A DNA stretch of 64,000 bases, from NCBI GenBank assembly GCA_964016885.1, contig OZ024746.1:74462001-74526000 (forward strand). The letters run 5' to 3'. This document shows positions 1-14,295 of this stretch, in pieces; position 1 is the stretch's first letter, and each line of letters begins with the position of its first letter. Both the position numbers and the translations under genes were made by a program. A model generated the notes under the pieces. It saw nothing but the letters and a program-made list of their open reading frames with translations, searched no databases and had not been told where the DNA came from. This stretch comes from Eledone cirrhosa. Taxonomy: Eukaryota.

Positions 1-339
1 GGTTATATATAACATTGCATGTGCAGATACCAATTTTTCATGATATTAATTCATCGTATCACCAAAGTATATCTACTGAATGTAGCCATATTGGCGCATG
101 AAATTATCTGATATAGAATTTATATACGTATTTAGATATATGTTTATCTAATATGGGAAATATGCATTTAGATATCTGTTTATCTATATATTAAGATAAC
201 AGTTTATCGGATACACAAAATATGCATTTAGATCTTTGGAGATATCTTATAATATATAGTAAATAAGAAAAAGGAAAATAGTCAAGGGAATTAATAGTGT
301 TCTGTTCTACTTAACAAATTATAGACAGGTTCCATGGAA

Positions 340-425
<86 letters not shown>

Positions 426-1199
426 ATATATGTATATATATATATATATGTACACCCACACACACACACATATATATATATATATGTATATATAAATATA
501 TATATATATATATATGTATGTATTTGTGTGCGTGCGCGCGTAAGCATATATAAACTACATTTATACATACATTCATTTAAACATGTAAGCGTCTATATGT
601 ATGTTTACATATATATATACGCACACACAACACTCATTTATCGACGCTATCTGACGAAAGTGTACTTAAATTTGCGTTGCTGGAAAGAAATAAAAAAAGG
701 AGGGGAGCGGTTTTAAATGTGATTTTCTTTTGTCTTCATATCTATGTCGACAGACGAATGGTATAATATGTATGTACGTACGCTTGCAGACGCGCTAGAA
801 AAGAATTCATGTGCACTCACATACATTTACACATACATATATAGGTTGGTTTTTTTTGCAGGAAGGTGTATGATATGTGTAATGATATTTCGCCATACTG
901 TTAACTGTTACCTAGAGCAAATCTTGCATAAAAGACACTATATTCGCACGTGGCTAGGAATTAGATGTTGATAATATATATTCATTTTAATAAGTTGGTT
1001 AGACTCTGAAATAACGTAGCAGTAACTTACACAGATAGAAACAGAAGGTGAACGTAAACGAAGAATAAATGATAATAAATCATATAGGAAACAAAATTTG
1101 ACATAAAAAAAAGTTATAAGTAGTGAAAGCAAAGTAACGATGACACATTTTATTCTGTTATCTTTTTAATGCTATCAGTCATTAGACTTCGCCCATGCT

Positions 1200-1600
1200 A
1201 CTGCATATCTTTGACATGCAGCACTGCATTCAGCCGGAGCACTCCTTTGAGCTCTAGCTCTATAATATTATGGATTGAATTATCAAGGCAAGCATATTTC
1301 TTTTTGTCTTAGGATATGCGACAGTCTTCATAACCATCGCAAACTCTCTAGGGTTGCGGAGAAGTATGTGGTTGATGTTCATCTTAAATATTTTCTCTGG
1401 TGACATTGTGGAACAAACATTGGCTGACGATGAAATCCAAAGCGTTAAGACTCTATGAAAGAAGGTTTCAGCAAAGTCATTAGTGTGGTATCCGTTAGTG
1501 AGAAACGGTAGATATATGGAGGGTAGTAAATGCAGGACTATTGGTTGGGCATGGGAAGTTACGGAATGCACGTAGCTAGTTCGGAGAGGGCATTGTATGG
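1200..1600 (-). mobile_element. Degenerate 3' end of a non-LTR retrotransposon (CR1/L2-like)
   Basis: ORF 1260..1571 contains 'NDFAETFFHRVLTLWISSSANV', resembling the F.NSFF.RV...WN.LP C-terminal motif of CR1/L2-group ORF2. Confidence 0.35.
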
Positions 1601-2059
1601 GCGTTCGAATAGGCAGGTATTAGATGTTTTACTAGGTTTCTAATTCATTTAAAATAACGTAATTAGATTACCTTGTTCATAATATAATCAATAGTAGTGA
1701 CTTCCAAGCCCAAATGTTTTAACATACAAATCTGATTGATTTCGTTGACTTGTAAGATATAACAGCGGTACCATCCACAAATCATACCTCAACGTCTTAA
1801 AGACGAAACATATGTTGTAATCAAAGGCAGATAATGCCTAAAAATAAAATACATGCCGATCATAGCTTGAATATCTTTGATCATGTATCTTGTAACAAAT
1901 TTGTAAAGGAGCTAAGCAACAACAGTGTAATAGTTTTTTCCGATATAGACCACCCATAACATCCATAATCCATTTATTTATATTTTTATAGTACTGATTT
2001 CTAATTTAGACACAAAGCCAGCAATATCTAATAAATCATCTCAGTATTTTAGTGTTACG

Positions 2060-2120
2060 TTATTTCATTCACTCTTGGACAGATGACAGGCGAAGTTGAC
2101 CTCGGCGGATTTGAACTCAG
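2060..2120 (-). mobile_element. Diverged SINE fragment (family A)
   Basis: gacaggcgaagttgacctcggcggatttgaactcag matches the reverse complement of the family A B-box/body. Confidence 0.6.
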
Positions 2121-3290
2121 GATGCGTCGAATACAATGCTGATGAAATATTTCCAAATGCCTGATATGATGCATCCGTATAGCAGGGCTACAAGGAAACA
2201 GGCCTCATATACTGAGAGCTTTGTGTTTCTCGTGATACCCCGATTTGACCATACTCGCTTCTCAAGCGTCTCGAAGGCAATACTCGCTTTCGCAATCCTG
2301 TGATCTATTTCAGCATCGAGGGTACCATCTCTACTAAGTGTATTTCCGAGATACACAAAGATGTTCACCACCTCAAGTCTTTTTCTTCTTACGAAAATAG
2401 ATGGCCACCACATACACTTCCCTAACTGGTGGAGTGTACATGACCTTGGTCTTTTTTATACTAACATTTAGACCAAACACAGTGAATGCATTGGAGAAGA
2501 GTGTCCAATATCAACTGTACGTCCTCTACTGTGTGAGCCACAAAATCTGCATCTTCAGCATACGGGAACTCCCTAAAAAGAGTGGTGTTAAACTATCTGT
2601 GATTAAGACATGAAAGCAATCAAGTTTCTCCAATATGACACAGATTAACAATATCAAAGGCTTTGGCAAGGTTCACAAATACTTAGAATAGGGGTTGCTC
2701 AACATACTTTTCCCTGAGCTGACCGGCTGAGCAAATCATGTCCATAGTAGCACACCCAGCTCTGATTCCAAACTGCGTCTCAGTGATGGCATCAGGGCAG
2801 ATCCATTTTATTAGACGATTCAGTAAGACCTTGGATAAGACACTTTCCACTGATTTCAGCAGATTGATGCCACGATAATTATCTCATACTGACTTGGAGC
2901 CCTGGCTTTTGTAAATCGAGAACAAAATCGCATCTACCCAGTCTTGTGGTACAGGTTTACCAGAACATACATATGAGACTAACCGATGAATGACCATAGT
3001 AAAATTGTCACCTCCAAAGCGAATCATCTCAACAGGTATTCCATCCAAATCTGGAGCTTTCTCTATATTTATCTATTTGGTAGTAGAACTTATCTCATAA
3101 AAGGATGAATCATTCATCATCTCTATTATAGTATCTCTTTGCAGCAGTCCATTAATAATTTCCTCATCAACTACAGGTGGGTTGTCAAACAGACTCATGA
3201 TTCCTGTTGGATCTTTGATGAGGACGTTCCCATCTTTTGATTTCAATTGTGTGTCATTTTTATGGCTGTGGACTTTCAAGCTCTGCAGTC
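2117..3290 (-). mobile_element. RTE-clade LINE fragment, disrupted reverse transcriptase
   Basis: Minus-strand peptides 'LEVVNIFVYLGNTLSRDGTLDAEIDHRIAKASIAFETLEKRVWSNRGITRNTKLSVYEA..LLYGC' and 'QLKSKDGNVLIKDP'; APDLDGIP-, NYRGINLL- and NLAKAFD-like RT motifs can be read in the broken frames between them. Confidence 0.85.
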
Positions 3291-3466
3291 ATAAGCCCTT
3301 TGCAACTCTGCTGAAACTTCAGTATATGTGTCAGCGGAAGGGCACCCAGGAGTCATGTCTAAGAAGACCTGAAACACGTGTATGAGGGGGCTTCTTCTCT
3401 GAAGAACTTCAGCTGGCCAGCACTTCCGAGAATTTCTTAATATACACACGCGAACACACACTCACA

Positions 3467-3546
<80 letters not shown>

Positions 3547-3583
3547 TATATATATATATATACAGTATATATGTATATATATA

Positions 3584-3811
3584 CAGAGAGATTGAAAAAT
3601 TATTCCCTATTGAATGCCGAAGGAAGGAATTGAAGGGCGAATACGAAAAGTTATATCTTCCATCCCACAGAAGTTCCACGTGAAATCAGTTGATGCAGTT
3701 CCCGGGCTGCTTCAGAAGCTGGTGGCGAATCTATTGATTTCTTGTAAGAACTATAGTCCAGAAATAAATTGTAAGAATTTAAAAATAAAGAGTTACTTTT
3801 CAATCACCCTG
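3584..3811 (+). mobile_element. Internally deleted Tc1/mariner element (MITE-like)
   Basis: Imperfect TIRs TA|cagagagattgaaaaa ... ttttcaatcaccctg|TA; internal peptide 'IRKVISSIPQKFHVKSVDAVPGLLQKLVAN' resembles a Tc1/mariner transposase C-terminus. Confidence 0.65.
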
Positions 3812-3819
3812 TATATATA

Positions 3820-4021
3820 TATTAAAATAACAGATTAAAGTTTAAGCAAAGAATAGCTGCTTTCTTGAGAATATCCCGTTAAGGGTGAAAGCAGCGACTC
3901 TTTGCTTAAACTTTAATCTGTTATTTTAATAAATATTTGCTCTAAGGTTTTATATATTTTGATATATATATTATCCTTATGGAGCCCTCTTCGAATTTTA
4001 GCCTTCACATTTATTATTATG
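3820..4021. repeat. Fold-back element between TA tracts with a partial hammerhead-like motif
   Basis: Arms ~3820-3864 and ~3887-3931 are near-perfect reverse complements; centre tccc-gttaa-gggt-GAAA-gcagc; one-sided tail to ~4021. Confidence 0.75.
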
Positions 4022-4023
4022 AC

Positions 4024-4055
<32 letters not shown>

Positions 4056-4921
4056 CGCAAACATATACATATATATGTTTCATGACACCTTCGTGCACGT
4101 TTGCTGACAATTGCAACAATCATCGTTTTGTTATGTGGGTGATCGTAGCTGAAAACACGAAAAACTCTTTATGGAGTGAATTGTGAACAGGGAACGAATG
4201 AATAACCGCCATTCCGTATATTGAAAACGACTTTTGTTTCTCAGTATTTCATTTAGAAAATAAAAATTGATACAAAAAATACAATTAAACAGTTTGTAGC
4301 AAACAGCTTACAGAATGAAATTTTAGTGAATGAAAATTAGCAAGAAGCGTAGTGCACAAGTGTGGCTTTGGGAATTGCTAGTCAGAACTTCGAGTATGAA
4401 CGTCTGTTATCTGTTCTATTTTATTGATTCAACCAGTATCAAGACATAGCCTACAGCAGACCTATTCCACCGTCTACATATAGATCTAAATCTATATATA
4501 CGTATATAGATTTTTGCACCTCAAAATATTTCCATGAAACTGAAAATTATCATTTGGAAAGTTCTCTTCATAGGCCAGGAGAAAGAAAGAACAGCAATTA
4601 AAAAAAAAACCTTCAAGCTCTGCCATGATGAATTTTCTCAATACATCGTGTATATAGATGTTCAAGCCTACTACACCTTGACAAATGAAATCGAATGGAA
4701 TCAACGGTATCTGCGTCAAATAGTTTCAGGAGAAAAATAAATCAATACAAACAATACTGAGTGTGTTTGTCGACCCAACATGAGAGGTATTTACTTTTCC
4801 AGAAGTCTTTATTCTAAACCCATGCCAGATTATCTGTTTAACCAGACTATATAGTATTTAACTACATACGTACCACAAGCGACAACATCTATTTTAAACT
4901 TGATCATTGTTTCATACTTTT

Positions 4922-5028
<107 letters not shown>

Positions 5029-5251
5029 TATATATGTTTGTATTTTAGTTGTAGTTGCTTTGTTGGCAACGTGTATCCAGTCGCAATTTTCACTGTGTCA
5101 CACCCTAACGTATTGATATTACTCTGAGTGATAATTTATCGATTTATCGATATCACTTCATTGAGTGCTTTGACCAACCTTAGAAGATTGATTTCGAAAA
5201 ATACTAATCGCAGGTGCAACCTCGATTTTACTCACTATTAATATTATATAT

Positions 5252-6005
5252 ATATTCAAAATATTAATAAATGAGAAATACTTTCACATAACCAAAGTAT
5301 ATATTTTATTATATATATTTCAAGGGTACAGTAGTTTTTGAGTACGCTTTCATCAGATAAAACACAAGAAATTGGTTATTCGACATACCGCTATGGTCTT
5401 GATACTTCAATCCCTATAGTGGCAGTAAATTACTTCCTCAACACTCAAAATTTATATACCACAAAGAATATGTTACCTTAGAGAAAAAGACGTAAAGAAA
5501 CCAAGAAATAGAGAACTAAGAATAATTTTTGAATGTCTGTCTAATGGTTGTTTTTCTTTATCCTCTTCTTTTCATCTTTCTTTTTTCTTTTTCTTTTTTT
5601 TTTTTTTTTTTTTTTCTTTCTCTCTTCGTTTTCTTTCCGCATCTTCCTTTTCAACTTCCCTTCTCTATTTCTTGGTTTCTTTACGTCTTTTTCTCTAAGG
5701 TAACATATTCTTTGTGGTATATAAATGTTGAGTGTTGAGGAAGTAATTTACTGCCACTATAGGGATTGAAGGATCAAGACCATAGCGGTATGTCGAATAA
5801 CCAATTTCTTGTGTTTTATCTGATGAAAGCGTACTCAAAAACTACATATAATAAAATATATACTTTGGTTATGTGAAAGTATTTCTCACTTATTAATATT
5901 TTGAATATTAAGCATACTCCAGATAAATTCCTGTCTTTTTACAACAGATTAGAAGCACTCGACAAGATTTTATCTGGAGTATCCTTAATATTCAAAATAT
6001 TAATA
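5252..6005. repeat. Large fold-back element (putative Penelope pLTR pair) with a nested second hairpin
   Basis: Arms ~5252-5516 and ~5661-5908 are reverse complements; a second inversion has arms ~5891-5935 and ~5962-6005; ends in (TA)n. Confidence 0.85.
5304..5362 (-). ncRNA. Minimal type I hammerhead ribozyme motif
   Basis: ttttat-CTGATGA-aagcgtac(tcaaaaactact)gtaccctt-GAAA-tatata-TA-ataaaa: stem I 6 bp, stem II paired, palindromic stem III. Confidence 0.8.
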
Positions 6006-6025
6006 TATATATATATATATATATA

Positions 6026-6545
6026 CTAGTTTTTCTATGCCGTCAATATTGACGGCAAGGTCGTTGAACGCATTTCTGCTTGGTGTCTAGTTGACATATG
6101 TGAAATATCACAGCATTATAGGATATGTGAACAGTCATAAAACTCGGTATTTTGCCTTTTGAAACATTAATAGTTTACTTTAGAGAAATTTTATAGTTTC
6201 CGGGATATTTTTTCAGAATATTTAATTTATATATATTCCTTGATATATTAAACGTAACTAAGAAAGTGATTAGAGAAAAGAATGATGTAATAATTATTGT
6301 TTCTTGGATATAGTTATATATATATTCAGCATATATGTTCAAACGACGTTCAAGTTTCAATGTATGAGCAGGCTGGTAAAAATAAATATTTACTGAGACA
6401 TATATTGGCTTATAACCCATGAACCTGATATCAAAATGCAAATTACTTATTGTAGAATCACAACTTAGAGAGAAAATGGATTGTGTCTATGTTTATTTTA
6501 GGGTGGGTAAATTTTAAACAATTACAGATAGACATATATATATAT
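6026..6545 (-). mobile_element. Possible non-autonomous Helitron-like element
   Basis: A|CTAG at 6025-6029 with hairpin gccgtcaatattgacggc ~10 nt inside (Helitron 3' end on minus strand); the other boundary is uncertain. Confidence 0.45.
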
Positions 6546-6819
6546 ATTGTTATATTGTTATATTTGGGGAGGGACAAATTGTTATAATATTGTCAAAAAT
6601 AATAATAAAATACACTCACAGTGTGGTTTTGATTCGTTTTCTCTTCTGCATATCTTTATATCCCTATATTTAAGCTGGTAGTCAATGTTTATCATTGATT
6701 GACCAACGGTTAAAAATATAGATAGGAATATATATACATAGTCTATCAAAGTTCTTTCATCACACACCTGTTATATATATATATGTGAGTGTGTGTGTGT
6801 GCGTGCGCGCGCGCGCATA

Positions 6820-6863
<44 letters not shown>

Positions 6864-7382
6864 TGTGTATGAGTATATAATAATACAATCTTCCATAGTT
6901 GGTATACAAACACATATATTTACTCACGTCAACGTATGCAAAATATTAAATCTTTTTCGTCGACAACATTCTTATGTTTCTTAGAAATAATATATATATA
7001 TGCGTGTGCATATGTCTGTGTGTGATTAACTCATTGTATGGGCGTGTATATGTTTCGTTTTTAAATACATATGTCTATATATTTTTGTGTTCAATTCCAT
7101 CTGCATATCTATTTGCACAAATTTCTAAGAATGTGTAAATACATATATATAAGTATATAAAAATTTCACAAAAAGTGGCTCAGATATACCAGAAAACACA
7201 ACTAAACACACATGCATATATATATTACATACTTGAATATATATGTAACGTATATCTCTGTATAACTACATACACAAAATTCTATGTATCTCTATATGTG
7301 ATTATATCAGAATGAATGTATGTGTAAGTGATCGTTGTTCGAGCCCTTGCGTGTATGTATGTATATATACATACATGTATAT

Positions 7383-7535
<153 letters not shown>

Positions 7536-7629
7536 TACGCATATATATATATATATAAATACGCATATAGATAAATAGGTATATATATACATATATATAT
7601 GTGTGTGTGTGTGTGTCAATGTGTATATA

Positions 7630-7667
<38 letters not shown>

Positions 7668-7671
7668 TGAT

Positions 7672-7712
<41 letters not shown>

Positions 7713-8171
7713 GTATACATATATACACACACACAAGTGCATAATCTCTCCCCTGAAAAGATATCAGTGGATTTTCTTTCTTCCTCCCCTTCCCACTCCA
7801 CATCATTGAAGTCAATAACGTCTGCGATATGGAAAGATATTTAATTGCACAAATAATGTCAGATAAGAATTTGCTGAAAATGATAATATTCCATTTCCTT
7901 TTGCTTTCGTTTCGAGATTTATTGTTTTACAAGAATAGATTAAATTGCATCACAAGACGCGTGCAAAATTGTCTACAAGAGATAATTGTTGCACACTTCA
8001 TGCACACACATCCCTACATCCATAGCTACACACCCCATCACACATTCACAGATACACGCACACACAGATAGGTATTTGTACCTTGATATACCTACTTGCT
8101 TACATACATAATACACACATACACTCACACACATACATACCGTATAATATATATATATCTATATATATATA

Positions 8172-8285
8172 TGGTGTGTTCTCAATGGTTAGACTGTTAG
8201 GCTCGCGATCGTGAATTCGATTTTCGGTCCTGGTGGTGTGTTGTGTCTTTGAGCCTACATTTTATTTCATGTTGTTCCATTTGTC
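8172..8285 (+). mobile_element. Diverged tRNA-derived CORE-like SINE (family B)
   Basis: A-box-like caatggttag, B-box-like aattcgatt, then gtgttgtgtctttgagc..ttttatttcatgttg. Confidence 0.55.
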
Positions 8286-10124
8286 ACTAATTAAACGAGA
8301 CAGACTTGTAACATTGAATTTCCACGAGAACAGCGTTAAGGGATCACATGCCTGTGGAATTGTCAACGAATTACACTATAATGAATGACGCTGTGTAGCT
8401 GTATTACAATATTTAACGTTCTATCCTTGTTCAATCACAATAACCATGATTTTATTGATATCTGGTTGCTATTTTTAGTAAGTCAAATGATGCCACAGAG
8501 CTCTGCCTGGATATACCCAATTGTGTAGTCATTTTAAGGATTAGGTACACTGCACAGATCCATTCTTTGAAATACACAGTAACACTTGTCAGTATTATTC
8601 CATATCCTTTGAGGATGGTATTTACTTTATAGGCCTTAATAACTGAATCGAAATGTGAGTATAATTTGTCTAATAGTTTCTGCTTAAACTATTAATATGT
8701 TTAAATGACATATATTTGTGCAATATTCACTAGTATACATAAGGGGCGCAAGAATCACACATTAATTGAACAAGACTTTACTCATATGAAGAATAATTAA
8801 AACTTGTTGAAATCATGCATAGGTAAATCGCACGAAATAAAAGGGAAAATCTCAAAAGAAACAAATTAGAGAAAGTAAACATCTTTTATTTAAATTGTTA
8901 GTTGGACCCAAGATCCAACTACGTGAGAATGTTAATGGACAAATTGGTGGAAGGAAGAGAAGAATGTAGCAAACAAGGTGTACCTGTGCTCATTTAATGA
9001 GGCTACTTATTTATTTTTGCCAAACGGTTCCTCGCGCGTAAAATAACTTATTAATTGGAAATAATCTTTCTGTCTGTCTGTGGATATATTTCTTTCAGAC
9101 AGAATTAGCGGAGAAGTTAAAACGTTGGATGGAAGGTTTTGAATCAATCCAACTATCCGCACAAGTTCTAAATATTTCTTTCAATCAGAATGGATAACTA
9201 TGGTACTAATCCAATACCTCTCTTCTTCAACATTCTCTGGGAGAATTCAGCTATAGTTAGACCCGGATGCCTGGGTTTAAAAGGCTAAGACAATCTGTAT
9301 CAGATCCCGTTCACCACTGCGTTGGACAATATCGCTAGTGTGGAGAGGGAAGACAGGAGTGTGTGAGCATGGGTCTTTGTCCTTACACCTCTGCAGCATT
9401 TAAGTACCGTCGAGAATCCACTTGACATGGGACGTGATGACTCTCATGAATATACTCTCATGCATATACGTCACGCCTTTTGTTCTCTTAGAACTCCGTG
9501 GAACATAACCCTGGCGTGAATGGTGGCAACTTGCATACATATGATACTGTCTTTCTCCACGGGTGCCACCTAAGGAGTGCCTTTATTTAAGTGTGTACGC
9601 ATATATACATGTCTAATGCTGATCGAGTTCGTGTGTGTGAAGATACGCATATAAATACTTATACGTCTACACCTAATGCGTGAGAATTTTCATTTCCAAC
9701 GCGTGTCAGATCATGCGTAAGTCCACTCCTGAAAACACAAGCAATAGTACTTCAACCACGTCATGGTTTGACGCACATTATATTCTTGAACTCCTCACAG
9801 TTTTGTACAAAGGCACACATGTTTATCTCCTGTTCGGTAAAATTTAAATACAAGAGTACAATTCTAATATGAAGTTTTTTAAAATGGTTGAATGACACAA
9901 AACGTGTTTGACCCTTCATGTGTTTTCCGTTTCCTTTCTTTCACTCGTATATCATTCAATTTCTTCTCCACTCTCCCGTTTTATCATCCAATGAAGGACT
10001 GACATTAGAAACGTTAACATACTTTTCCTAATATATGATTCGCTAAATTATATACCATTGTATACTATTGTTCTCCCGTGTATTTTTTTTTCTGGTAGAC
10101 TTCTCCTTATACATATATATACAT

Positions 10125-10159
<35 letters not shown>

Positions 10160-10610
10160 CATACATACATAAATATATTTTTACACTCTTTCCTACATTC
10201 CTCTACACCCTATACGTCTCATTCTACATTTCCTCTTACATCTCTCTCATTACCACCACCTGATTCTGTTACCTTGAGATTTACCCATCTGCATTGTTGA
10301 GGCTTCCAAAACAACCAATTTTATATATATAGTGGATATGGTACATGTCTCTCGGACATGACATCCTTAATTTAATTTTGTATATATACAGTTGAAAATT
10401 GCAAACTTGACTGTCACCACACATTATGAACCTGAAGATTGCGAAAGCATGAAAGTACTTGTTCAATTAACACTTAACATTTAATATTCTACCATACTAT
10501 TTCATTCTAATACCATTATAATATTATTATAATACCATTATAATAACATTATAAATTTTAAAGGAGTGTAAATAAAACGAGTAAGTCAGACAAAGTTGGA
10601 ATTCCTCTTA

Positions 10611-10644
<34 letters not shown>

Positions 10645-10645
<1 letters not shown>

Positions 10646-10710
10646 CTATGTGTGGGAAGGAACCAGGTGGACCATAACGCACCAGAGTACTCGATACTTT
10701 GATGTGTTAT
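10645..10710 (+). repeat. Short TA-embedded dispersed repeat (family C)
   Basis: ggaaccaggtggaccataacgcaccagagtactc, shared with 24010-24087 (reverse) and partly with 37016-37113 and 45534-45652. Confidence 0.7.
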
Positions 10711-10715
10711 ATATA

Positions 10716-10798
<83 letters not shown>

Positions 10799-10799
10799 A

Positions 10800-10846
<47 letters not shown>

Positions 10847-10901
10847 AATAAAAAATAAAAAATAAAATTTCGCTCTACATGACTGAATACAATAAATGTA
10901 A

Positions 10902-11010
10902 TCTGAGTTTTTCGAATATTAATAATAACATTCGATTCGTTTGCAATTGAGGCTTGTTTGCATAATTGCAAACGAATCGAATGTTATTAATAATATTCGA
11001 AAGACTCAGA
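10902..11010. repeat. Fold-back palindrome
   Basis: tctgagtttttcgaatattaataataacattcgattcgtttgcaatt / aattgcaaacgaatcgaatgttattaataatattcgaaagactcaga. Confidence 0.85.
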
Positions 11011-11052
<42 letters not shown>

Positions 11053-11054
11053 AG

Positions 11055-11125
<71 letters not shown>

Positions 11126-11130
<5 letters not shown>

Positions 11131-11523
11131 AATGAATAATAACAGGTAGACATCATAAACAGGTAATTTATTCCGAGTGCTTACAAATGTTCCAACAGTA
11201 GTTATACAGCCTAGTCATACTATGTGCAATTGATTTTCTGCAATCAAATAATTATTAATTATCAATTGCACATAGCATGACTAGGCTGTATAACTACTGT
11301 TGAAACATTTGTAAGCACTCGGAATAAATTACCTTTTTATGATGTCTACCTGTTATTATTCATTCTTTATCTACACTCCGGAATACAGAAGGATCAGAAA
11401 CTGAATTTTTCCGACTATTCTTCCATAACTCGTTGTGTAACCCCTCACCGTACGTCAACTCTGTCTAATGTAGTAATTAACCATTACTGCATTCAGGATA
11501 ACCCTAAGCATTTCTTGCATAAC

Positions 11524-11527
<4 letters not shown>
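11126..11527. repeat. Fold-back element between TA tracts with one-sided tail
   Basis: Arms ~11126-11234 and ~11263-11370 are near-perfect reverse complements; unique extension to 11527, then (TA)n. Confidence 0.85.
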
Positions 11528-11949
<422 letters not shown>

Positions 11950-12289
11950 TTTGATGTTGGAATATATTGATAGAGGTGCAGTGGACCTGTGTTTGTCCGT
12001 TAGAATCTAATAAATGAGGACACCATTTTTCTCGAATTGACATATTTAAAACACATATATAAATAAATGTATATACACGTAATCACTGACAGACAGTTAA
12101 CAATCTATTTTTAATCGATACAACATGGCTCTTTGATGTCACCGCTAGATTGATGATCTCCTCTATAGATATCTTCAGTATCATCAAAATCTTCAATTGA
12201 CAGCATTACCGTATTCGCCTCCTTCCCCTTCTTCATTGTCTTCATCATTACCATGCTTCTCCACTTACTCCTCGTCCTTATCACCAGCC

Positions 12290-14295
12290 TCACACCACCA
12301 CCACTACCACCACCACTTCCTCTGTAATCCTCGTGATCTTCATTATCACCATCCCCATCATACTCATAACCATTAGCATTTTTATCACCATCATCAAATC
12401 TATAATTACCACCATCATCACTACCATCATCACCACCATCATCACCACCATCAGCACCACCATCTACACCACTACCATCATCACCACCATCTACATCACT
12501 ACCATCATCACCACCATCTACACCACTACCATCATCACCACCATCATCACCACCATCATCACCAGCATCATCACCATCACTACCATCATCACCACCATCT
12601 ACATCACCACCATCTACATCACTACCATCATCACTACCATCATCAACACTATCTCCATCACTACCATCATCACCACCACCATCACCATCATGACCATCAT
12701 CACCACCACCATCACCATCATGACCATCATCACCACCACCATCACCATCATGACAATCATCACCACCACCACCATCATGACAATCATCACCACCACCACC
12801 ATCATCACCACCATCTACATCACCACCATCATCACCACCATCTACATCACTACCATCATCACCACCATCTACATCACCACCATCATCAACACCATCTACA
12901 TCACCACCATCTACATCACCACCATCATCAACACCATCTACATTACCACCATCTACATCACCACCATCATCAACACCATCTACATCACCATCATCATCAA
13001 CACCATCTACATCACCACCATCTACACCACTATCATCATCACCACCATCATCACCACCATCTACATCACTACCATCATCACCACCATCTACATCACCACC
13101 ATCTACATCACCACCATCATCACCACCATCTACATCACCACCATCATCAACACCATCTACATCACCACCATCTACATCACCACCATCATTACCACCATCT
13201 ACATCACCATCATCATCAACACCATCTACATCACCACCATCTACACCACTATCATCATCACCACCATCATCACCACCATCTACATCACTACCATCATCAC
13301 CACCATCTACATCACCACCATCTACATAACCACCATCATCACCACCATCTACATCACCACCATCATCAACACCATCTACATCACCACCATCATCACCACC
13401 ATCATCACCACCATCTACATCACCACCATCATCACCACCATCATCACCACCATCTACATCACCACCATCATCACTACCATCATCAACATCATCATCTACA
13501 TCACCATCATCATCACTACCATCATCACCACCATCTACATCACCACCATCATCACCACCACCATCACCACCATCACCACCATCTACATCACCACCATCAT
13601 CACCACCACCATCACCACCATCACCACCATCTACATCACCACCATCATCACCACCACCATCACCACCATCACCACCATCTACATCACCACCATCATCACC
13701 ACCACCATCACCACCATCACCACCATCTACATCACCACTATCATCACCACCACCATCACCACCATCACCACCATCTACACCACTACCATCATCACCACCA
13801 TCATCAACACCATCTACATCACCACCATCATCACCACCACCATCACCACCATCACCACCATCTACACCACTACCATCATCACCACCATCATCAACACCAT
13901 CTACATCACCACCATCATCACTACCATCATCAACATCATCTACATCACTACCATCTACATCACCATCATCATCACCACCATCATCAACACTACCATCATC
14001 ACCACCATCATCAACACCACCATCACCACCATCATCACCATCACTACCATCATCACCACCATCTACATCACCACCATCACCACCATCACCACCATCACCA
14101 CCATCATCACCACCATCACCACCATCATCACCACCATCATCACCATCACCACCATCTACATCACCACCACCATCATCAACATCACTACTATCATCACCAC
14201 CATCTACATCACCACCATCATCACCACCATCTACACCACTACCATCATCACCACCATCATCACTACCATCATCATCACCATCCACATCATCACCA
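12290..14295. repeat. ~2 kb cryptic trinucleotide satellite (CAT/CAC/TAC units)
   Basis: Continuous in-phase triplets with higher-order units such as atctacatcaccaccatcatcaccacc; yields stop-free D/G-rich (-) and I/T-rich (+) ORFs. Confidence 0.9.

Noticed and set aside
3340-3392. GAAA-cacgtg-TA with a palindromic stem III-like segment
   Set aside because: No recognisable CUGANGA or convincing stem I; at best a decayed relic
4534-4740. 68-aa ORF with non-repetitive composition
   Set aside because: No motif recognised and no supported splice context
5814-5856. Right-arm hammerhead copy
   Set aside because: GAAA and half of stem II are deleted; not a complete motif
11283-11318. ctgtataac-tact-gtt-GAAA-catttg-TA hammerhead-like string in a fold-back arm
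   Set aside because: Core deviates from CUGANGA and stem I does not pair
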